A stretch of DNA of 64,000 nt. Origin: Gammaproteobacteria bacterium. Lineage in GTDB: Bacteria; Pseudomonadota; Gammaproteobacteria; GCA-001735895. Position numbers and translations under genes: made by a program. This document shows, in pieces, positions 29,658 to 39,298 of this stretch. The notes below the pieces were generated by a model. That model saw only the letters and a list, made by a program, of their open reading frames with translations. It was not told the origin of the DNA and did not search any database. The stretch is from the NCBI GenBank assembly GCA_050298595.1, contig JBNKUM010000040.1, forward strand, positions 1 through 64,000, given 5' to 3'. Position 1 is the first letter of the stretch, and each line of letters begins with the position of its first letter.

Positions 29658-31682
29658 ATGAAAAACCGTCTGAGCATTCTTATTCTTCTTGCCATATTGC
29701 AGTGTTACAGCATGACACTCGCGCTTGCGAGTGAGGGCGAGAAAATCGATATTACCCAAATATCGTTAGAACAGTTACTTGAGACCGAATTCATTCCAGC
29801 CAGTCGTATTGCACGCCAGATCAGCGACGCCCCTTCAGCCGTTTCAATCATCACCGCCCAGGACATTCATGATTTTGGCTACCGTAGCTTATCTGACATT
29901 CTCAAGAGTATGCGCGGGCTGTATGTAACCTCAGGACTGAATTACGAGTATCTTGGTGGACGCGGCTTCGGCGCCCCCAAAGATTATGCTGGACGCATCA
30001 TGCTGGTCATCGATGGCTATGTCACCAATGAGAATGTCTACAATCAGATATTCCTCGGTGAAGACGCACTCATCAATGTCGATATGATCGATCGTGTGGA
30101 ATACATTCCCGGTCCAGGCTCCACCACCTACGGCAACAGTGCATTTCTCGGCGTCATCAATATCAGGACTAAACGCGGTCGAGACCTTGATAGCGTTCAG
30201 GTGGCTGCCGACGTTGGTGATAATAATAGTCGCAGGGCGCGCCTGAGTTTTGGCAAGCAATTCGATAATGGCGCAGAAATTCTACTCTCTGTATCAAAAA
30301 ATGAAGATGATGGCCTCAGCGTCAAATTTCCAGAACTGGATGACTGGGAGTCATTCTACGGTGACCCCTATACAAACCAGGCGATTTCTCCTATTAAAAA
30401 AACAACCACCGAACGCCTGTTTTTCAAGGGCGGTGTTGACAACTGGACACTGGAACTGGCTACAGGTCAGCGCGATCTAGAAGAAACTGCATTCATGACG
30501 GCCTTCGAACCGGCTGATTTTGCTTCCAGGAACTATATGTCAGACAAAAACAGCTTTCTTAAGCTCAATCATGATAGTGAGTTGTATGAAGATTTAAAAC
30601 TCTCTACCCAGCTGTATTTCGGGCAGTATGAATACAGATCAGATGATCAATCATTTGATGGGTACCAAGAAACTCAGGCATCACAGGGTGAATGGAGAGG
30701 GGTAAGTTTCACCTTTATCGGCAGCTGGTTTGAGCAGCACAAAGTATTATTTGGCATAGAATATCGCGACGATTATCAACAATCCTATAGTAGCGATTTA
30801 TCAGATCCTGCATTTGGTGACTTCTTTAACCAGCAAAATGATTACCATACAACGACCACCAGTGTGTTTGTTCAGGATGAATACCGACTCACAGACAAGC
30901 TAACACTGGTCCCCGGATTACGTTACGACTACATCACTAATTATGGCAGTACTTTAAGCAACTCTATTTTCTCCGCCCCTTTCAGCAGCGAAACTGATTT
31001 AGATAACTCTCTCAGCCCACGTATTGCCGCTATTTACCAGCCCTGGCCTGCATCGATATTCAAACTTTCCTACGGTAGGGCATTTCGCAACATCAACCCC
31101 TGGGAAGATATCAAGTATATTTTCAGCGCCCCTCCCAGCAAAAAGGAAGCTATTTCGACCCTGGAACTGGTCTGGCAGCAGCAAATAAGCTCTAAAACAC
31201 GATCAACTGTCTCGCTTTATCGTAATAAAATCACGGATGCCATTTCGCCGATTTATTACGATCTGGACACTCTCGGGCAGGAGATAGGGATAGAGCATGT
31301 TAGCCGTGATGGCTTCAGGCTGAATGCCAGCCTGGCTCACCAGGTCACAGAAGATAATTTTGGCCAATGGTTATACAACTCACCACACTGGTTGGCAAAA
31401 TTGAATATGGCGCAACCCTTATTCCAGAACAAAGCCACACTAGGGTTTGAGCTACAAACAACGGGTGATCGTCTTGATATTGAGCGTAACGATGTCAGTT
31501 CAGATACTGTAGCCAACCTTACGCTAAGCTCCAACCAGGTATTACCAAATACCGACATCAGATTCAGCATACGTAACCTGTTCGATGCCCAACGGAAGGA
31601 TGTGCTGAAACACGATGTATTGACCGCCTTACCTCTGGAAGGGCGTAATTTCTGGTTACAACTGGAGTACAACTTCAGATGA
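29658..31682 (+). CDS. TonB-dependent receptor (YfiR-associated type), copy 1
   Basis: Signal peptide, ISLEQLL, APSAVS.ITA.DI, IDRVEYIPGPGS..YG, terminal EYNFR. Confidence 0.92.
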   Translation: MKNRLSILILLAILQCYSMTLALASEGEKIDITQISLEQLLETEFIPASRIARQISDAPSAVSIITAQDIHDFGYRSLSDILKSMRGLYVTSGLNYEYLGGRGFGAPKDYAGRIMLVIDGYVTNENVYNQIFLGEDALINVDMIDRVEYIPGPGSTTYGNSAFLGVINIRTKRGRDLDSVQVAADVGDNNSRRARLSFGKQFDNGAEILLSVSKNEDDGLSVKFPELDDWESFYGDPYTNQAISPIKKTTTERLFFKGGVDNWTLELATGQRDLEETAFMTAFEPADFASRNYMSDKNSFLKLNHDSELYEDLKLSTQLYFGQYEYRSDDQSFDGYQETQASQGEWRGVSFTFIGSWFEQHKVLFGIEYRDDYQQSYSSDLSDPAFGDFFNQQNDYHTTTTSVFVQDEYRLTDKLTLVPGLRYDYITNYGSTLSNSIFSAPFSSETDLDNSLSPRIAAIYQPWPASIFKLSYGRAFRNINPWEDIKYIFSAPPSKKEAISTLELVWQQQISSKTRSTVSLYRNKITDAISPIYYDLDTLGQEIGIEHVSRDGFRLNASLAHQVTEDNFGQWLYNSPHWLAKLNMAQPLFQNKATLGFELQTTGDRLDIERNDVSSDTVANLTLSSNQVLPNTDIRFSIRNLFDAQRKDVLKHDVLTALPLEGRNFWLQLEYNFR

Positions 31683-32203
31683 GCCTGAACCTACGCCAAC
31701 TGTTACTCCTGTCATGCTGCCTGCTCGGTTTCGGCTTTGCTAGCTACGTTCATGCGCGCGAGGCACTACCGGAATATACACTCAAGGCGGCCTATCTATA
31801 CAAATTTGCATTATTGACCGAATGGCCAGCCGATACCCTGGGCAACAATATTAACTTATGCTTTATAGCTGACGAGGATTTCGGCAAAGCACTTGACTCC
31901 ATTCAAGGAAAACAGATCAACAATAGGCCCATTAATACTCGCCCTATAGTGAGCGCTGAACAAACAGGAAACTGCAATATTATTTTCATCGGACAAATGA
32001 CTCATACAAACCTCCCGGACCTGATAAGTGAAATATCCACTCAACCCATATTAACCGTCACGGATGACGAGCAGCTGGCCAAATCAGGAGCATGCATATT
32101 CTTACGCCCACAAGGCCAACGTCTGGTGTTTGAAATTAATACAGAAGTCGCTCAAAGTGCTAAGCTTAACATCAGCTCTCGTTTGTTACGTCTTTCAAAG
32201 TAG
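31679..32203 (+). CDS. YfiR family protein, copy 1
   Basis: EY.LKAAYLYKF...EWP, CNIIFI, ILTVTD, FEIN...A..AKL.ISSRLL.L; ATGA overlap. Confidence 0.9.
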   Translation: MSLNLRQLLLLSCCLLGFGFASYVHAREALPEYTLKAAYLYKFALLTEWPADTLGNNINLCFIADEDFGKALDSIQGKQINNRPINTRPIVSAEQTGNCNIIFIGQMTHTNLPDLISEISTQPILTVTDDEQLAKSGACIFLRPQGQRLVFEINTEVAQSAKLNISSRLLRLSK

Positions 32204-32208
32204 ACTTA

Positions 32209-32400
32209 GCGCCTGTTAACACCTGTTGATTGTCACCGTTATGGTTTCCTCGGCTCAGGCATCCTGCTTCGCCCTACCACCTAAGTCCCTTTAGACATCC
32301 TGCATTTAAGTCGCTTATATGTAGAACGACTCGCTTCTTCTGCCTTGCTGGAAGAAAAAATGGTCTCCAGCAGTGTCAATCAACAGGTGTTAACAGGCCC
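32209..32400. mobile_element. MITE, family B (TIR GGGCCTGTTAACAC.TGTTGATTG)
   Basis: gcgcctgttaacacctgttgattg ... caatcaacaggtgttaacaggccc, flanked tta/taa; isolated ends at ~35234, ~45868 and ~47206. Confidence 0.75.
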
Positions 32401-32686
32401 TAATAGACAAATGATTGACATCCTTTATAAAGGCCACTAATAATCCTCAGATTCATTCAAAAAATCTGCTATATAAATACCTCAAAAAAGTATTTATATA
32501 GCAGTTCACCGTTTATAAGAAAAGCTAGACGCTCCGCTAAACATAGATATGACATTAAAATTACCGTCAACAGTCAATGTTTCCTTACGACTTGGGGCGG
32601 GGGAAACACAGGATAGACATATCAAGCCCTGCCTGTGCTAGCTTTACTATTCAACCTGCAATACAGTAATAACTGATTTAAACCTA

Positions 32687-34708
32687 ATGACAAATCGTCT
32701 ATCCATTCTTCTTATTCTTGCCTTATTGCAGTGTCACAGCATGGCGCTTGCTTTAGCGAGTGAGGACGAAAAAATCGATATTACCCAGATATCGTTAGAA
32801 CAGTTACTAGAGACCGAATTCATTCCAGCCAGTCGTATTGCACGCCAAATCAGCGACGCCCCTTCAGCCGTTTCAATCGTCACCGCCAAGGACATTCATG
32901 ATTTTGGCTACCGTAGCTTATCTGACATTCTAAAAAGTATGCGCGGGCTGTATGTCACCTCATCACCGAATTTCGAGTATCTTGGTGGACGCGGCTTCGG
33001 CGCGCCCGGAGATTATGCTGGACGCATCATGCTGGTCATCGACGGCTATGTCACCAATGAGAATGTCTACAATCAGGTCTTCCTCGGTGAAGACGCACTA
33101 ATCAATGTCGATATGATCGATCGTGTGGAATACATTCCCGGTCCAGGTTCCACCACCTACGGCAATAGTGCATTTCTCGGCGTCATCAATATCAGGACTA
33201 AACGCGGTCGAGACTTTGATAGCGTTCAACTAGCCGTCGACGCTGGTGATAACAATAGTCGCAGAGCACGCCTGAGCTATGGTAAGCAATTTGATAATGG
33301 CGCAGAAATTCTACTCTCTGCATCAAAATATGAAGATGATGGCTTCAGCGTTAAATTTCCAGAACTGGATGACTGGGAACCATACTCCGGTGATCCCTAT
33401 ACAAACCAGGCGATTTCTCCTGTAAAAAAAACAACCAGCGAACGCCTGTTTTTCAAGGGCAGTATTGATAACTGGACACTGGAACTGGCTACTGGTCAGC
33501 GTGAGCTAGACGATACAGCATTCATGACATTCTTCGAACCGGGCGCTTTGACTTCAAGGAATTACGCTTCAGACAAAAACAGCTTTCTCAAGCTCAATCA
33601 TGATAGCGAGCTGGATGAAGATTTAAAACTCTCTACCCAGCTGTATTTCGGACAGTATGATTACAGATCAGATAATAAATCACTTGAATACCGAGAAAAT
33701 CAAGCGTCACAGGGTGAATGGAGAGGGGTCAGTTTCACCTTTATCGGTAGCTGGTTTGAACAGCATAAATTTTTATTTGGCATAGAGTATCGAGACGATT
33801 ATCAACAATCTTTTAGTAGCGATATATCAGATCCTGAATATGATTACTTCTTTGACGAGCAAAATGATTACCATACAACGACCACCAGTGTTTTTGTTCA
33901 GGATGAATACCGAGTAACAGACAAACTAACACTGGTCCCCGGATTACGTTACGACTATAACACTAAGTATGACAGTACTTTAAGAAACTCTATTTTTGCC
34001 GCCCCTTTAAGCAGCAAAAATGATTTAGAGAACTCTCTCAGCCCACGTATTGCCGCTATTTATCAGCCCTGGCCAGCATCGATATTCAAACTTTCCTACG
34101 GTAGGGCATTTCGCAACATCAATCCCTGGGAAGATATCCACTATCTTTACTTTGACCCTCCCAGCAAGCAGGAAGCCATATCGACCCTGGAACTGGTCTG
34201 GCAGCAGCAAATAAGGTCTAAAACACGATTAACTGCCTCGCTCTATCGCAATAAAATCACGGATGCCATTGCGCCAATTTATTACGAGCTGGACACTCTC
34301 GGGCAGGAGATAGGGATAGAACATGTTAGCCGCGATGGCTTCAGGCTGAATGCCAGCCTGGCTCACCAGGTCACAGAAGATGATTTAGGCCAATGGTTAT
34401 ACAACTCACCACACTGGCTGGCCAAACTGAATATGGCGCAACCCTTATTCCAGAACAAAGCCATGCTAGGGTTTGAACTACAAACTACGGGTGATCGTCT
34501 TGATATTGAGGGTAACGATGTCAGTTCAGATACCGTAGCCAACCTTACGCTAAGCTCCAACCAGGTATTACCAAATACCGATATCAGATTCAGCATACGT
34601 AACCTGTTCGATACCCAACGGGAGGATGTACAAACTCACCCTGTATTGACCGCCTTACCTCTAGAAGGGCGTAATTTCTGGTTACAACTGGAGTACAACT
34701 TCAGATGA
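32687..34708 (+). CDS. TonB-dependent receptor, copy 2 (tandem paralog)
   Basis: Near-identical plug and strands to 29658-31682, with divergent patches. Confidence 0.92.
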   Translation: MTNRLSILLILALLQCHSMALALASEDEKIDITQISLEQLLETEFIPASRIARQISDAPSAVSIVTAKDIHDFGYRSLSDILKSMRGLYVTSSPNFEYLGGRGFGAPGDYAGRIMLVIDGYVTNENVYNQVFLGEDALINVDMIDRVEYIPGPGSTTYGNSAFLGVINIRTKRGRDFDSVQLAVDAGDNNSRRARLSYGKQFDNGAEILLSASKYEDDGFSVKFPELDDWEPYSGDPYTNQAISPVKKTTSERLFFKGSIDNWTLELATGQRELDDTAFMTFFEPGALTSRNYASDKNSFLKLNHDSELDEDLKLSTQLYFGQYDYRSDNKSLEYRENQASQGEWRGVSFTFIGSWFEQHKFLFGIEYRDDYQQSFSSDISDPEYDYFFDEQNDYHTTTTSVFVQDEYRVTDKLTLVPGLRYDYNTKYDSTLRNSIFAAPLSSKNDLENSLSPRIAAIYQPWPASIFKLSYGRAFRNINPWEDIHYLYFDPPSKQEAISTLELVWQQQIRSKTRLTASLYRNKITDAIAPIYYELDTLGQEIGIEHVSRDGFRLNASLAHQVTEDDLGQWLYNSPHWLAKLNMAQPLFQNKAMLGFELQTTGDRLDIEGNDVSSDTVANLTLSSNQVLPNTDIRFSIRNLFDTQREDVQTHPVLTALPLEGRNFWLQLEYNFR

Positions 34709-35229
34709 GCCTGAACCTACGCCAACTGCTACTCCTGTCATGCTGCCTGCTCGGTTTTGGCCATGCCAGCTATGTTCATGCACGCGAGGCGCTACCGGAA
34801 TATACCCTGAAGGCTGCCTATCTATACAAATTTGCATTATTGACCGAATGGCCAGCCGATACCCTGGGCAACAGTATTAACTTATGCTTTATAGCTGACG
34901 AGGATTTCGGCAAAGCACTTGACTCCATTCAAGGAAAACAGATCAACAATAGACCCATCAATACTCGCCCTATAGTGAGCGCTGAACAAACAGGAAACTG
35001 CAATATTATTTTCATCGGACAAATGACTCATACAAACCTCTCGGACCTGATAAGTGAAATATCCACTCAACCCATATTAACCGTCACGGATGACGAGCAG
35101 CTGGCCAAAGCAGGAGCAAGCATATTCTTACGCCCACAAGGCCAACGCCTGGTGTTTGAAATCAATACAGAAGCCGCCCAAAGTGCTAAACTTAATATCA
35201 GCTCCCGTTTGTTACGTCTTGCAAAGTAA
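34705..35229 (+). CDS. YfiR family protein, copy 2
   Basis: A few substitutions versus copy 1. Confidence 0.9.
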   Translation: MSLNLRQLLLLSCCLLGFGHASYVHAREALPEYTLKAAYLYKFALLTEWPADTLGNSINLCFIADEDFGKALDSIQGKQINNRPINTRPIVSAEQTGNCNIIFIGQMTHTNLSDLISEISTQPILTVTDDEQLAKAGASIFLRPQGQRLVFEINTEAAQSAKLNISSRLLRLAK

Positions 35230-35248
35230 ACTTAGGGCCTGTTAACTC

Positions 35249-36484
35249 ATGAAGCTGAAAACATGGTTTAGCAATCAGCTAATTCAAACAAAGCTAATTC
35301 TAATCAATGTATTGGTTCTAATAATCGCTTTATCCCCAGTGTTGCTAGTAATGTCTGCTTACGAATATTTTGCTCTTCGCAAAGCGACCCTGGAGGCTAT
35401 CCACGTTAACGCTGACATCGTTAGTGATAATGCTGCCTCGGCGATGGCCTTCAACGACAACATCACTGCGACAGAGGCTTTGGCGACCCTGCAGGCATCA
35501 TCCGACATACTGTATGCCTCGTTAACACTACCCGATGGGACGATACTGGCAACATTCAAACGCGAAGATATCTCTGTCATAGTAGCCAGCGATCCCCCTC
35601 CACTGCCAAAGGTTGAAGAACAGTTGACATGGGACCGCTTCAAATTAACCAAGCCGGTGTTTTTAAAATCTGAATTCGTCGGCACATTATCACTAGAAGC
35701 CAGCCTCAACATAGTTTACCAGCGCATATTCCTGTATATAGGCGTCATTACTGCAGCGGTTATTGTCAGCCTGTTTTTCTCACTATGGCTAGCTATAAAA
35801 TTAGAAAATTCGATCATAAGACCATTAAAGCATTTAATGGATTCAGTTAAGCGTGTGACCCAAAATCAGGACTACAGTGTGCGCCCTATGGTAGAGCGCA
35901 CTGATGAGATAGGTGATCTTTCACGTGCCTTTTACGACATGATGTGCAAAGTGCAGGAACGTGATGACCATCTTCAGGACATGGCCTTTTATGATGGAGT
36001 AACCGGGCTGCCCAACCGCCATTTTTTCAAGGAACGCATAGAACAGGCTGTCAGCACTGCATTACATTACCAGCAACATTGTGGCCTGTTGTTTATCGAT
36101 CTTGATGATTTCAAAATCGTTAACGATACATTAGGCCATCATATCGGCGACGACTTGTTACGCAATATCGGGCAACGCCTTCAGGAAGTTTTACGTCACA
36201 ATGACATGGTCTTTCGCATCGGTGGTGATGAGTTTGCAGTAATTTTAGAAGATATTAAAGAGATAGAAATCTCAACAATTATCGCTGTCAAAATAATAGA
36301 AAATGTGTCACAGCCAGTCATGCTGCAGGGACATGAAGTTAAGGTAGGGGCCAGCATAGGAGTTAGTGTTTATCCCGATTATGCTAATGATGCTACCACT
36401 TTACTAAAAACTGCTGATTTAGCCATGTATGTTGCCAAAGGGGGTAGCAAAAACACCTACCATCTATATACCCCTGAAGCGTAA
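35249..36484 (+). CDS. YfiN-like diguanylate cyclase (periplasmic sensor, HAMP, GGDEF)
   Basis: Two TMs, HAMP (DEIGDL..AF..M), D..TGLPNR, DLDDFK.VND..GH..GD, RHND I-site, RIGGDEF. Confidence 0.93.
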   Translation: MKLKTWFSNQLIQTKLILINVLVLIIALSPVLLVMSAYEYFALRKATLEAIHVNADIVSDNAASAMAFNDNITATEALATLQASSDILYASLTLPDGTILATFKREDISVIVASDPPPLPKVEEQLTWDRFKLTKPVFLKSEFVGTLSLEASLNIVYQRIFLYIGVITAAVIVSLFFSLWLAIKLENSIIRPLKHLMDSVKRVTQNQDYSVRPMVERTDEIGDLSRAFYDMMCKVQERDDHLQDMAFYDGVTGLPNRHFFKERIEQAVSTALHYQQHCGLLFIDLDDFKIVNDTLGHHIGDDLLRNIGQRLQEVLRHNDMVFRIGGDEFAVILEDIKEIEISTIIAVKIIENVSQPVMLQGHEVKVGASIGVSVYPDYANDATTLLKTADLAMYVAKGGSKNTYHLYTPEA

Positions 36485-36560
36485 AGACACCTCTACTAAG
36501 TCAGGTGAAACAACGAAAACCTGTCCTTTTACAGGCCTGCTTTTTTTACTATTCAATTCA

Positions 36561-36954
36561 ACCAGGAATCCGCAGTTGAACGAGTTGTAGTGCGTTTGAG
36601 GTGATGTAGATCAAGGAGTTACAAAGCTTCCGCGTCCTGCTCACGCCCCTTACCTATGTCCCTATAGGCAAGGCTTCCGCGTCCTGCTCACGCCCCTTAC
36701 CTATGTCCCTATAGGCAAGGCTTCCGCGTCCTGCTCACGCCCCTTACCTATGTCCCTATAGGCAACGCAGAGATACGCCGGTGCAAACGTGCAATTCAGC
36801 TCGTAGCGGGATCCACCTGTTGGGTTTTCAGCATGGATGCTGTTATTTCGCGAATGCATGTAAGCATAGGAACGTGAAAATACAAACTGACCATGATCGT
36901 TTACGAAACAGAGGGTTACTCACTAATACGAGCGGTCAACTGCGAAATCCAGGT
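36561..36954. mobile_element. MITE, family A (TIR ACC(A/T)GGA.T.CGCAGTTGA, TCA target duplication)
   Basis: tca|accaggaatccgcagttga ... tcaactgcgaaatccaggt|tca; other ends at 39301-39324 and 45482. Confidence 0.75.
36626..36765. repeat. Three perfect 47-bp tandem repeats inside the MITE
   Basis: gcttccgcgtcctgctcacgccccttacctatgtccctataggcaa(g) at 36626, 36673 and 36720; single copy at ~45547. Confidence 0.9.
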
Positions 36955-37003
36955 TCAACCATCTGATTGACCGCGTCAATAACATGATTAACAGGAACGA
37001 TTT

Positions 37004-38542
37004 TTATAACTGATGAAGTTGTAGAAATCTACTGTTGCCTATTGACGAGGAACTGCTAACTGCCCCCGTAACAAGACCCAATGGTGCTTCCTGATCACGT
37101 ATGGCTGGCCAGTCGAGTTTTTCACCTCTCACATCCCAGTCTTGTTTGTGTTCTCTGATCAGCTTAAATTGACAGCATGTCTTTTTATCACCCATTCTTC
37201 TATTATCAGTATTAATTGATGCTATTAACTTTTCTTCAAAGCTTTCAAAATAGTTATCTTTATCCTGTTCAACAAATTGACTATCGTCAATAATCAGTTC
37301 AATTATTCTATTATCCTGGGTGCCAAAAGCATTGACTCCGATATTGCTGGTTGCGATACAATCCATTATATAATGTAGCTCCTTTGTCAATAGTGCACCG
37401 TAGCGCAGAGTATCATCCAGAGTTGATGTCTCAAGGAAAATCTGTAGCTTGTATGGTTCCTGCAATGACGGACTGACCCTCATAGTGACATCCGGTCTTG
37501 ACGCTACCTTTATACCTTTAGCAAATTCATTTTCAGTAATCTCCAGCACCAACATATCTGAACCGGAATAAGCATGTACATTTCTGACAGTTTGATAAAT
37601 TTTGCCATTATGAATGGTGGGCTGAATCGATAAACAGGGGTCGATGTGATAATCAAGCAGCCCTGTTTTATGTAACAAGTTCAGGTCTTTATCGTAGAGT
37701 CGGATTACTTCTCCCTTTTCAGCCCATCTTGCAACACCATAAAAATACTCTCCAAAAGGAAAAACTCCGCAAGCATTAATATCTCCGGATGAATTTCCTG
37801 AATCTGGTAAAAACTCATCATAACCCGTATCTTTTTTCCATTCGACCTCACCATTATCAGGGTTTATGACATATAGAACTGCCTGACACACTGCATAAAT
37901 TTTTCCCTGCATCAGAACATTACTGGTAGGATTATCCACAAAAGTGTATTTCCAGACCTCTTCACCTGTGTGTTTGTTTAAGGCTATGATGTCACAAGCG
38001 TGGTTGATAATTACAAGGTCGTTATGGATTTGGGGTTTAAGTTCAAAATCAATGCAGTGCTCTCCATCAAGTTGAAAACCCCAATGTTTGTTTAAGTCAT
38101 AATCATAAGCGATAATATTATCAGTGAAAGTTGATCTTAAAAAAATATAGTTAGTATCAGCTTCAACATAAATTACACCATTATATGAAATGATTTTTTT
38201 TTCTGAATTAGCTGTATTAATAAGATAAAACTCTTCACCTAATAAATTATCAATAAGTAAATAACCATTGATAGACTCAGGCTGAATAACTCGAAAATCT
38301 AAATCTTTAAATTCATAGCCATGCTGAAAAACATCCCAAAACTGGGATACTTTTAACTTTCTGTTATATATCCATATCCCTTCTTTAGAACAACTTACTG
38401 TTTCATTTATACCTTTGGTATAATAAGGAACAATATCGTTTTTATTAAAGGCGTATAATGTATTATCGGACTCTAAAAGAGTAAGCTCTTTAAAAAATCT
38501 AACTGACGAAATCCCTTCATAAACACAACCTTGAATTTTCAC
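37004..38542 (-). CDS. AT-rich PQQ-like beta-propeller protein, function unknown
   Basis: IIALNKHTGEEVWKY and LYVINPDNGEVEWK blades; AAGGAG RBS before GTG. Confidence 0.7.
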   Translation of the reverse strand: MKIQGCVYEGISSVRFFKELTLLESDNTLYAFNKNDIVPYYTKGINETVSCSKEGIWIYNRKLKVSQFWDVFQHGYEFKDLDFRVIQPESINGYLLIDNLLGEEFYLINTANSEKKIISYNGVIYVEADTNYIFLRSTFTDNIIAYDYDLNKHWGFQLDGEHCIDFELKPQIHNDLVIINHACDIIALNKHTGEEVWKYTFVDNPTSNVLMQGKIYAVCQAVLYVINPDNGEVEWKKDTGYDEFLPDSGNSSGDINACGVFPFGEYFYGVARWAEKGEVIRLYDKDLNLLHKTGLLDYHIDPCLSIQPTIHNGKIYQTVRNVHAYSGSDMLVLEITENEFAKGIKVASRPDVTMRVSPSLQEPYKLQIFLETSTLDDTLRYGALLTKELHYIMDCIATSNIGVNAFGTQDNRIIELIIDDSQFVEQDKDNYFESFEEKLIASINTDNRRMGDKKTCCQFKLIREHKQDWDVRGEKLDWPAIRDQEAPLGLVTGAVSSSSSIGNSRFLQLHQL

Positions 38543-39298
38543 TAACCTATCTCCTTTACAAGCTCTTTAACCATCATTTTAATAACTCTCCTTTAGCATT
38601 ATTCCATGCCATTATTGCCTCAGCGCTATCTCCAGCAAGACCCTGGATATTCTTCGGTGCATCTCCACTAGTCGCGTGACTTTTTTTACCGCAAGTGAAA
38701 ACCCTAATCCTTGATTCCATTATTGGAAAAAATTCCGCACATCCAGTTATAAGAATGAGATATTTTCATAAATGACTTTTAAATAAATCATTGAAAAGCG
38801 AACGGAAAAATTAAACTCGGATATCTGCGGATTTATCAAATAAAAATCATCCTGCTAAAAAATAATAATCACAGATATAATTTAGATGATAGGCAGCCGT
38901 CTTACAATTAGCAAAACAGCGTAGAAAAGAAAACTATATAAGCTCTTTAGCGTACGATATCCATTGAAAAATGAACGTAGTTATGGAGGTAGAGTGTTAG
39001 AGGATTAACTGCTCCATCTCCAATCTTCTTTGGTCAGCCTTGTGTTAGCCTGACCTATCTTGATAATATATTTTCTTTCAATCCCTTGTTTAAACCGATC
39101 ATCCCTCTACCGATTGACAGTAAGTTCATTGCTTAATGTATCAAGTGTAAATCTCTCACATCAATATAGTTCTTAATCCTTAACAAGAACGACAAAGCTG
39201 CGGGGTGCACCGGGATTTTTCTCAAATTCCTGTAGCGTTAATGAACTTACCAATGGGTGAGAATAAAATCGATCTTTTGATGTGGTGAATCATTGCCT

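Noticed and set aside
29658-34708. Diversity-generating retroelement explaining the receptor variants
   Set aside because: No reverse transcriptase; whole-gene duplication with changes not confined to adenines.
36626-36765. 47-bp repeats as a CRISPR array
   Set aside because: Head-to-tail with no spacers, inside a MITE, no cas genes.
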